Below are positions 53,334 to 64,000 of a DNA stretch of 64,000 nucleotides, one piece after another (the stretch's first letter is position 1; each line of letters begins with the position of its first letter). Origin of the DNA: Eledone cirrhosa (lineage: Eukaryota); the NCBI GenBank assembly GCA_964016885.1, contig OZ024745.1:62558001-62622000 (forward strand), written 5' to 3'. The position numbers and the translations under genes are program-made. The notes beneath the pieces are model-generated. The model was not told where the DNA came from, ran no database searches, and worked only from the letters and a program-made list of their open reading frames with translations.

Positions 53334-54869
53334 TAACTGCTTAGATGTGTTCATGTTATAAAATATATGTATTTATCGATCAAAACATACATTATCAGAG
53401 AGTGGTTTGCATATGAACAAATCGATATTTCTTTTTTTTTTCTATTGGCAGTTTGCACTACCCCTTAATATTTCTTCCTCAGATCAAACTGGTGTACCCT
53501 TATCGAATTAATTGTAATGGATATCACCAATGGTATTATAATAGTAAATTTGTATTTTAAACTTAATTCAAAATTTCATAAAATGTAGCCATTCATGAAT
53601 ATTTCCAAGGCAATTAGTTTTATCGAATTTGACATATAATTATTTCTGCCGTTAACAATTCTTAAAGCCGTTTTACGCTCTGACAAGCTATTCCAATTTT
53701 TTAAAAGTTTTTAATGGATATTTAATATGCATGCCAATATTCTCAAAGGCATCTCTGATATTTATCCACCTAAGATCAATGTAGATTAAATGTTAAATAT
53801 CTATTTGGAAAACATTTAAAAAATGCGAGTTTTGTTACAGTTATTGAATATTTTGTGTACTTGATAAGATCAGATATCACCTCGAAACAAATTTGACTCA
53901 TTGATAATACATAAGAAAAATTATTATTGATGACCTTTGATGTATAATGATCATTTCTACAACTCCATCTCATCATTTATGTGACTGATCTATATCGATT
54001 TATATATCATTTGAAGCTATTCATTCTGTAATATTGAGATTATTGCAGCAAATAAAAACGAAGATCTATCAAACGAATTATCATAGAACTTAGAAAGTGA
54101 TTAAAACAATCGAAATAATAAAATATTTCATTCAGACCGAATAGATAAGGTGTAATTAATATATTCATAATGCATATATTTGATATTTTGCAAGTGAAAG
54201 AGTAAATCATTTTATTGTGTTTTCTACAACCACTTGATTTAATTCTGAATATTACATATCAGATTTTCTTGCAAAAATGTAAAATATTTTATAGGTTTCC
54301 CCATACCACATCATGGCATCCAAATATTACCGTATGATGTTACGAGTGCATATATTAGACCTTCAAATGGGTAAAAAAATACAAGAACAGTAGTTAAATG
54401 AGGAGCTGAATTAATAGTATTATGGGTAGGCGGGAAGGAGTGAAAATACAATGTATTTCTTGAGTGGAATTGTAAAGTGTTATAGCGCAATTCTCTGACA
54501 ATCAGACTTATAACTTATTTCATATGGACCATAATATTGTTGCATGTAGGTACTTCACCATTGCAAATAAATAAATAGCATGTTGATGGGCGTATCATTT
54601 GCGCATTGTGCAGAGTCAATGAGCTCAAATTTGGCAAGGCCGATGGAGAGGAGGAAATCCGGTCCTAGATGTTAAAAACCTTAAAGCAAGTAGGTATTCT
54701 CTGGCAAAATCATGTGTGCCAGGTAGCCTAGATCTCCGGAAAGGCACCTAAGTAATTGCAATTGAGATTTCAAATTCCAATTACTAAAAGGGTGACAAGA
54801 AAAATTACACCAATTATAGAATGATCTCCTTGCTTGTCCTTCCCGGAAAAGTCTCTGCCAAAGAGATGT

Positions 54870-56100
54870 AAGGATATTATTGAGTCTATGGTAGCTGATA
54901 AACAGTATGGTTTTCGCCCCGGACGCAGCACAACTGTCCAAATATTCACATTGCGGTAGTTCGCTGAAACATTGTGGGAGTACCTCCAAGAGATGTATTC
55001 TTAATTTGTAGACCGCTCAAAAGCATATGAGCACCTCCTTTTGAAGGATCTATAGGAGTATGGGAGCGATTATCAGCTCCCTGTTGCCTTGGTTGATCTA
55101 TATGAATGATCATTATATATGTTCTGATATCATCTGAGGGAGGTGGATTGGCAGTATCGGTAGAGGGTCGGATGCCATGCTTTGATGTATAGAGTTACGG
55201 CCCTTGCCATTCTTAGTTCAAATCCCGCCGAGGTTAACTTTGCCTTTCATCCTTACGGGGTCGATAAAATAAAGTACCAGTAATGCTCTGGGTAATTGCT
55301 GGCCTTGTGCCAAAAGTAGAAATAATTATATATGTTCTGATAAATGATGTTAAATGGAAACCATTCAATGTGGAAAACGGACTCAGCCAAGGGTGTATAC
55401 TCTCACGTCTGCTGTTCATCATTTTTATGATATGAACAGGATTGACATGTGGAGACGGATTTGAAGTGTAGCATCATTCGGTAGATGATATCGTATTACT
55501 TACCTCTTCCGGAGTTGATCTCCGTCCGATATGCACTTGCTAGGTTTGAGGCAGAGTGTTCAATGGCTGAAATGAAAATATGTGCTGCGAAGACAGACAC
55601 TCTTCGTTACAAAGAAGCCTGCGCAGGACACTCTACATGTGAATTGAATTACACTGAAGCAGGTGGATGATTTAAAGTATCTCAGAGCTGTGTTCACAAG
55701 CGATGGAAGGCAGGACGCTGAATCAAGTGACAACATTGCAGCAGATGGTGCAGTAATGCACCAGCTTAAGTAATCAGAATGAGGGACATGGATTACAGCC
55801 CAAACTCACTATCTTCACTTCGGTCTTCGTGCCAAACCTTACATGAGGCCAGCAATCTCGCGAATAAAAGAGCCTGAAATGGTATTACCCCGAAGAGTCC
55901 TTGGAGTAGCTTTTCTCGAAGGAGTGAGTAGCTCGGAAATCAGAGAGTCGTCGAGGTGGAGCCACTACTTCTCCGAATTGGGAAATCACATCTCCTATAT
56001 TATGGGTATGTGAAAAGGATCAGAAGAGGATTTCCGATTAGATTCTTTCAGCCAAAACAAACCGGCATGAGACCCAGGTGTAAACTTCGTGCAAGATAGC
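54870..56100 (+). mobile_element. RTE-clade LINE RT relic, interrupted by a SINE at 55141-55329
   Basis: QYGFRPGRSTTVQIFTLR, FVDRSKAYE, GLSQGCILSRLLFII, DDLKYLR and a terminal RPR motif. Confidence 0.85.
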
Positions 56101-56537
56101 ATGATGTTCGACGCTCTACCGCTACTGCCAATCTACCGCCCAACTAATAAGAAGATTAATGGTTTAACATTTACCCAGAAGAGAATTAATTTACTGCAAG
56201 GTGAAAATCGATGAATTTGTGAGATACTTTATTTAATATACTGCCTAAAGCTGAATGGCAATGATAATTTCGATGGGATTCGATGTCAGGGCAAAGAGAT
56301 TATAAGCAAATAGGCACAAAGACGTCATTTCGAGGGTAGCTGTAGAGTTCATTAAATTGAGAATATGTATTTCAATAATAGGAAGTGACGATACACTGCA
56401 ATATGGGAAGAAGAAGAAGAAGAAGAAGAAGAAGAAGAAGAAGAAGAAGAAGAAGAAGAAGAAGAAGAAGAAGAAGAAGAAGAAGAAGAAGAAGAAGAAG
56501 AAGAAGAAGAAGAAGAAGAAGAAGAAGAAGAAGAAGA
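56101..56537 (+). repeat. Interspersed composite repeat with long (GAA)n tail, copy 2
   Basis: Homologous to 2927-3258. (GAA)n at 56407-56537. Confidence 0.8.
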
Positions 56538-58270
56538 TCGTTATAATATTGTCAGTTTTTATTAGAGGACCATTTTTAATTCTGTTTTAGCGAAGAGTTG
56601 CAGGATTCACGTGCCGTCGATGAGTTTTCTGTGGATAGAAATATAAAGATTAATATCATCTGAACATGAGTGAATGTGTTTGGTGTGACTACATAGACGT
56701 TGCTTGCGTGAACGAGAGACAGTGTGAACAACATAATCGTGGCTTGGGAAACACCAGAATGTAATTACAATGGCACGGGAAGGGAAAACCTAATTCACAT
56801 GCTGATGTGATATGAACAGGAAGCTTCTTATCTAACATAACAGAGGGAGAGATAGGTCGCTTAGACAAACAGTATAGAGTAGAATGGTTTGCTTTGCTTA
56901 TATCAACTCTCAATTCAATGCCGGGCATATAATCTTCATATGCGAACCGGGTACCATTCAAAATGAAATATAATTAAAGAGAGTAAACTGTACCACAGGG
57001 ATATGGAATGGATACGGTTTTAGGTATTTGTTTCTCTAACATATTTGTATTCTTTTGGGTGAGGATAATGTACGAGCATCTGCCTTTCAATTCATATCAA
57101 ATAATAAATATATGATGTTTATTATATAACCATATACTCGTTAAATGAATGGAGAATTCTCTAAAGCAACAAATATTTTGAGGATGAGTGTATCATGTTA
57201 TACAATGTAACTGAAGAATGATCATGTAAATATGGAAGAGATAGCAGCTCAGTACACTGGAAAACAGATTGTGGAAAGATAATATCGTCTCTGCGCACCT
57301 GAATGTAAAGTACATTTTAATATAAAAAATATATATCTACTTTCTCTACCGTTAAGTCTATGATTGACATTTCTGATATTATTAACAACTATAATAGTAC
57401 GCTGAATTTAAAAAAATGTAAATGAGGCAAACTTGCATGGGCCTGACCACCTGAACCTACACACTCAATACTATTATTATTATTTCTGTTTAGCTTCAAA
57501 CCATCCTTGGTTGAACAAACCTATGATCAGAAGCATATATTAACAGTGGATACTCAACCTATAGATACTTTGGATACAACTGGCAATGTACCCCATTTGT
57601 ATACAGATATTACACAACTAGATTTTCATTATACAACGTATTCTATTCAATACATCATATTAGAATTATAATATCAACTACTGCAAACACAAATAATGCT
57701 AGGTCTAATCAAATCGATATTTTTAGCCATCAAAGGAGTTCTGTTTAACAATGTGACATTTTCTAGTATGAGGCGAAATGCATGCTTAATAAAAGAAGAA
57801 AACGTGCTCTTAGATTTATCTTGCATTTCACTTATATTATCCCCGTAAAAATCGTTTGTTGTGTAATTAGATAATATATATACTGGTAAAAAAACGTATA
57901 TAAACAGAAACTATATTTCTTGTGAAAGAATCGAACACATGATCTTAATTTATATACCATATATATATATGTGTGTGTGTGTGGGTGGGCGTGTATGTAC
58001 GTGTGTATAATGTAATGCATGGTAGTTTAACATGGTCTATTTGAATTGCTAATGCATTAAAAGTAAATTGTTTGACGTATTTGCGGATCCTTCTACAGAA
58101 ATTAATGTCCTTCTCGTACACAAACTATTTTCCGTTTCTTTTTTTTCTTCTTTAGTTCAATACCGTTGTTGCACTCGGTTTGTTACTGCCTTCTGTTATT
58201 CAGTCTAAAATTAGACGAGGTGAATATGCTGCACAATTGTGTGTGGGTATGTGGGTGTGTGTGGGGGGGT

Positions 58271-58311
<41 letters not shown>

Positions 58312-58467
58312 AGGTGTATATTAGGACAGTCAAGGAAAACGAAAGTAATTGATGATATATATTAGTTTGACGCTTGGTATTATAGAATAGAGTTAAACAT
58401 TTCGGATGTTATCCATATATCGGGAGATAGAACTACAAATAAAATGATCAAGAAGATAAAGAAAAAA

Positions 58468-58541
<74 letters not shown>

Positions 58542-58799
58542 AATTATGGATTACATTTGTAAAGCACTATCTTTATAATAAGGAAAGACAGATCGGAGAA
58601 TATAGAAATAGATTTACTAAACACTAACACGAAATTAAATGTTTATAAAAAATATTTAATGTAAACATAGACCTGAATTATATAACATGTACAGATAATC
58701 AATAGATATGGGATTATATCTGTAGTATTATCGTGTTGAGTAACAGAATTACAATCGTGTTACCAACATAAAAATCAGTTAATCTGCCTATCTTTAAAT

Positions 58800-59760
58800 A
58801 ATTTGGACTGTTCAAAGCAGTGTGTTTTCATCACATTTCGGACTGGCCAGTCTTAAAGCAATCCTTTGCTCGTAGAATTGTTTTCGAACCAGCACCGCTC
58901 CTCGATAATACTGGAAGCAGTGGATCTCTGGAAATTTTCCCTAGACTCTGTGCGAAAGTCCTACGGAAACACTCTTGCAAAATACTTCTGGACAGTGTAC
59001 AGATTTCCTTCTAGCATTCCGCCATACTTCTTCAACACTAGATATCTGAATAACGTTAGCATGGCATTTCTGCTAAGCACATTGCTCAGCTGGTAGAGGA
59101 CTGTGACGCCTGACACTTGTTGAGATGTCATATGTCCAATCTCAGTCTTCATTTTAGCGATGACTGTAGCTCAATCAAACAGATGAGCTGCTAAAGGTCG
59201 TGCATTGCAAATAGTCAACATACATGTTGACAATCTAAGAACACTTAGAAGTGCTGTATAATCGGCCTAAACAGAAAAGGGCGTCCCATCCACAGTAACT
59301 GCCAGAGCAGGCTGGAAGTATCACAAATTTGTGAGCTGTACATGTAAACATTCGTGATTGTGGATATGCTATGTGATAGCTTCTCGTCCACACCGCCGTA
59401 TTGGGGAAACTTATTCATACCTGTTAGACAATTAGAACCCATTGACCCGGTTTCCGGAGCCTCTTCACACGCCGTCGTCTACCAGTTGCTCCAACAGAGT
59501 CCCTCCGTGCGTCCAAGATTCCGATCCAGACCCCGCTAACAGTAATGTTTGAGATGCTCCAAGAGATGATTCCTAGCTCCAAAAGTAAACTGACCATCCT
59601 GATCTAGTCGGCTCATAGATGGTCACCTATCAGAAAGTAAACTGCTTTTCACATCCAGGAACATCAGCTAACCGTCCTCGTCCAGAGCAATCATCCGTAT
59701 CTCAAGTTCCAGGCTTTTCAATACAGCAATGCCACTCCAAATCCAATTTTAGACAGTTTT
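58800..59760 (-). mobile_element. Possible decayed L1/Tx1-like 3' region
   Basis: GC-richer block. FPQYGGVDEKLSH resembles a degenerate CPxCGxxETxxH knuckle. Confidence 0.3.
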
Positions 59761-62700
59761 AGTGATGAGTATCTCTCCTATCTTCAAAATAAGGGATAGT
59801 TAACGTGTATCGGAAATCCTAGATACGTAACGGCTGCCACACATATTGTTAATGACATGTGGTCGTTGAATAAGTGACCTTGTATGCAGGACGATAATTG
59901 ATACAACCTAAACTTATATTAAACATGCTGGCTGGGAGGCAATAGGAGATAGAATTGTGAGTTACTTAAAACCCATGTTCCGCTAAGATCATATATATCG
60001 ATATTTGTTTGGGATTCATTTGGGAATCCCTTTCCAAGCCTTATGGCGTCGTAACATGTATCCACAGAGATCCTGATTATCTTCAAAACACAATGAATGA
60101 ACTGGTAGTGAAAATCTGCTCTTCAATTTGGATGACCGAATTTTGTGTTATGACGGATGTTTGTTTCTTCGTCCTTCTTACTATCACAAATTCTATCAAG
60201 AGGATTCATTCATGTTAGTGTCCGTTGTCATGAATAAGTTATCCTTGAATGCCTTGAAAAATTGCTCGGCATTACATAATTCTTTACGATTATATGAAGA
60301 CATTGACGTAGGTGCGTTGAAATACCTACAAGCCTTTTCATCTTAATGAAATTTAATTCTTAGATCTACCTTACCGCCCTTACCTTAGTGCATGTCTGTA
60401 CAGCATACGACTTGTGTATTCCCTTATTTTTTTTATTAAAAACTGCCATGATTGCGCATATTAGAGCATAAATTGGGATGCAACACAAAATATATATAAT
60501 ACATACTATATTGAATTAAATCACTTTTGTAGACCCTTCATTGAATACATATAAACAATTTCCAAGGCGTGGTCTAAGTGTAGAAAAAATACAACTAAGC
60601 AATACAAATATGTATATATTCTATCACTACATTATTTCTGCTATACACCAGCATCTACTTTATAAAATAATATCTATATAATTCGCAAGCTTAATACCTA
60701 CTTATGCTTAAGATGTAGAGACCATTTATTCCACACTAATCTAATTTGCGTAGTTAGTTTCTTTAGTAAGAATACCGGGTTGTAAATTTAGTGTATGTTT
60801 TAAGATTGCTTATGCTAGATTTAATTTCCCATCTCTTCACATTTACGAGTTGACAGGAAGCCAATGGAGAAAGTGTAAACATTATTCTACGTTAATTTAA
60901 TTTCCCATATTGATAATATGACAAATACCGATAACAAACCTAATGAAAAAATGTGACAGTAACAGCATAACCAAACTACACATAGCATACACATTTGTAC
61001 TAACAAGAGATTCATTTGATATATAGATAAATCAATTTTAAATTTTAAATTTGACTGCAGATGTATCACTAAAATATTTTTTTCTTTTTTATGGGCGGTC
61101 GGAAATAACGGTGTCTGCAATTCTTTTCTACTTACGGCTAATGTCTTTATTCATTTGTCTGAACATGCTCTCGTAATCTGTGGAAGTTAAAGAATATTAC
61201 GTTAAGAAGGATGTAACGAAATGAAATGTCTTAACATTTTAGTTTTAACCGTTCTTTAATTAAATAGATTGTTGTACAGAAGGATAGATAATATGTTTAA
61301 ATTCTAAGTTGATGACACGACACTGTGAAAAATGCATTTGGTACGAAATATTTACCACAAAACGCATTAATGCATCAGAGTATATTCTGAGAGTTTATAT
61401 TTCGAAGTAAGATAACTTCCGAAACTAACTACTGAAAATCATGAAATATTCAGTGCAAGCAGAACCAAATTATAACAAAATGCATTATTTCTTTGAGCAA
61501 GATTCCTTATTTCAAGTTGCCCATAATGCAAGGTTTTGCGCTTGGTAGTCAGTATAATCGATGGAAAGTGGTATAGAAACATTATTTTTCTGGTCCGATC
61601 AGACGCGTTCCACCCTAATCGTTAAGCGAATGGCGCTGGGACGAACTACAGCAACGAAATTAAAGTTAGCAATGCCTTGATAAGAAGAATATGTTACTAG
61701 GGAAAAGAGCCATATATGGGGATCATCAGGACAATTAAATTACGAAAATACCCAATGAATAATTAGAAATGGGCCCTACATTTCACACATGGTTAACATT
61801 TTATTGGCCTGTTTTTGGTTTAAATATATATTTACATAATGACAATTAATTTTTAAAAATGAGTGTGTGTGTGGGGGGGGGCGTGTATGTGTGTGTGTAT
61901 GTATATGTGTGTGTGTTAAAGTGTGCGTGAATGTGCCTGTGTATGTGCGTTAGATCAATAATATATGTATGCGAAGATAGAGTTTGGCTCCTATTTCTAG
62001 CAAATAGACGTACATACAAAACCTTGCTCGTTTGTATTGCGTGGTGATACATGTGCATTTTATTTACATAAATGTATATTTGCCTGTTTAATGAAGTATA
62101 TGGTTGAGAGTGCGTGTGTGTATTTGCATGTGCGTGAGTTGATGTGCATAGGTGTGATTAAATCAGTTGCAGTTGGCAGATAATGTTATATAATGATTTA
62201 TTTCAGTTAGTAACACTATAGCGAAAGTGTAAGCATTCACTGGATGTTGCATGGCAGTTTTATTATTTACCTAATGTTCTCCTATCTTAGGAAATAGATA
62301 AAACTTAATCAAAAGAATTAATCGCTCCTTCAATATATATTAATCTGACGAATTAAACCTGATTCCAACTGTTAGAATAAAATAAGGCATTTAAGATGAT
62401 ATCCCTATTCAACCTAGTTTAGACATCAATCTAGAAAGACTGATAACAATTTATTGTCTCCCTATCTTCATAATATCGATACAATTTTAATTTATTCTAT
62501 ACATGTAGAAAGTCAATATTTCATCACTATAAAGTTCAAACTTAGCTGATATGAAAATGTAAAAAAATCAATATCATAAATGCACTTGAGTATTCCCGTC
62601 TCTCATTAGACTAAGTTTGTCATATACAATATACCCCATATCCAAATATTATCTATATCATTCCAGCACTTTTATTTCTTTTACACTTTGTATTTCAATA

Positions 62701-63506
62701 TTTGCAGATTTTGGTGTCCGATGTTATTTTAAGACGTGTTTCCATTTAATAGATCGATGGCAACATATCAGTAGAAAAACGTGACCGATAAAGACAATAA
62801 AGTAAAATATGGGAAGAAATGTTTCAGTAAGATGTGATCAATATTGTTAAAAAGCTATTGCTAGTAGTTTGATATTTAGACGACAGACAGCTGGGTCACA
62901 ATATCTGAAATGTAAACGGATGAACAGAGGGATCATACTAACGGACGGAGATTGCATTTAATAACCAGGTGGTACGAGGAAGCAGGTGTCCTTTATTATT
63001 AATACCGGTACACTTAATGCACACACACACACATATATATATAATAATAAAGTATATATCCCTACACGCAAAAAGCGTATAGGGACACATGTATTGTCCA
63101 ACCATATGCCAATGTCGTTCAATAGCAGGTTAATAAATTAACGAGCCAGAACATATATGATCAGTTTCGAATCGGTTTCGAGTCTATTTATAGTAGTAGT
63201 AGACTGACCTCCCTGCCTCTGCTTCTATCTTTACACACGGCACTGGACAGAATTGCTTCCACATCATTCAATCTCATCTAGGAAACAATTTTGAATAGCG
63301 ACAGTTCGTAATTTGAACTCGGGAATTTTATATTCTCCGAGTGAAAAGAACCTTGTGAAGAGAGTTTATCTTTTCAATGGAAGCCCGCAAGGACTGTACA
63401 TTTATTTTTGAGACTCGAAACCGATTCGGTAAAGGTAACCATAGTAAGTACAGTGAATTTTTTGAAATTTATTTTGAAACTCTTTCTTATGTGTTAAACC
63501 TTGATT

Positions 63507-63563
<57 letters not shown>

Positions 63564-63566
<3 letters not shown>

Positions 63567-64000
63567 TAGGATTTCGCTTCAAGCATAGCTTTATACAATA
63601 TGTATAAGTATTTCGTATCTCCAAGGAAATACGGTTTTAGGAAGCCGTAGCTATGCAAACACCGGTGGGCTAACGCCCTCTGGTGATGTCCAGCAGAAGC
63701 AAGTGGGACAACCGTCTATGCATTTCAGGCTTAACTGGCCTTCGTCAGGACGGTCTCTCCCACCGCTTGCGACTGCTGGACTAGAAGACAGCCGAGAATA
63801 TATACATTTCTCGTCTGTGTAAATGAGGTGATTAATCTCATTTGCATATGAAGCTGCATAAGTTGACTTAACTTATAATAAAAAAGAAATAGGATTTCGC
63901 TTCAAGCATAGCTTTATACAATATGTATACATATTTCGTATCTCCAAGGAAATACGCTTTTAGGAAGCCGTAGCTATGCAAACACCGGTGGGCTAACGCC
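63564..64000 (-). mobile_element. Tandem 323-nt HHR-containing monomer (candidate non-LTR retrozyme); runs off the window end
   Basis: 63564-63677 repeats at 63887-64000 with 3 mismatches in 114 nt. It is non-coding, highly self-complementary and abuts (TA)n. Confidence 0.8.
63711..63754 (-). ncRNA. Intact minimal type I hammerhead ribozyme
   Basis: Minus strand: ACCGTC CTGACGA AGGC cagttaa GCCT GAA ATGCAT A|GACGGT. Perfect 6-bp stem I, 4-bp stem II and palindromic stem III. Confidence 0.92.

Noticed and set aside
63680-63790. Possible plus-strand hammerhead (CTGGTGA-T-GTCC...GGAC-TAGAA) enclosing the minus-strand HHR
   Set aside because: The core has A6G, no GAAA follows stem II, and stems I and III could not be formed.

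Overview
AT-rich, repeat-saturated eukaryotic non-coding DNA. It is most likely from an octopus or other coleoid cephalopod, inferred from the SINE families and the (TA)n/(CA)n load. No intact host gene could be supported, and most ORFs in the track are microsatellite artefacts. The window holds decayed Penelope-like retroelements (PLEs; RT plus C-terminal GIY-YIG) of two clades, RTE, R4/Dong, L1/Tx1 and R2/NeSL-like LINE relics, a Tc1/mariner end and about 16 tRNA-derived SINEs. The main unexplained structure is a set of modules inserted into (TA)n arrays. At least 8 unrelated families share one architecture: (TA)n, an inverted 3' end clipped at a family-specific site, the sense 3' end with a 55-175 nt tail, then (TA)n. 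Most carry a minimal type I hammerhead ribozyme (HHR) with a palindromic stem III, and three families use the U3-A8 core variant. At the window end is a 323-nt, almost fully base-paired, HHR-containing tandem monomer, a candidate retrozyme or viroid-like circRNA. A second candidate monomer of 585 nt lies at 28.4-29.0 kb. All folds and alignments were read by eye, so coordinates are approximate to a few nt.
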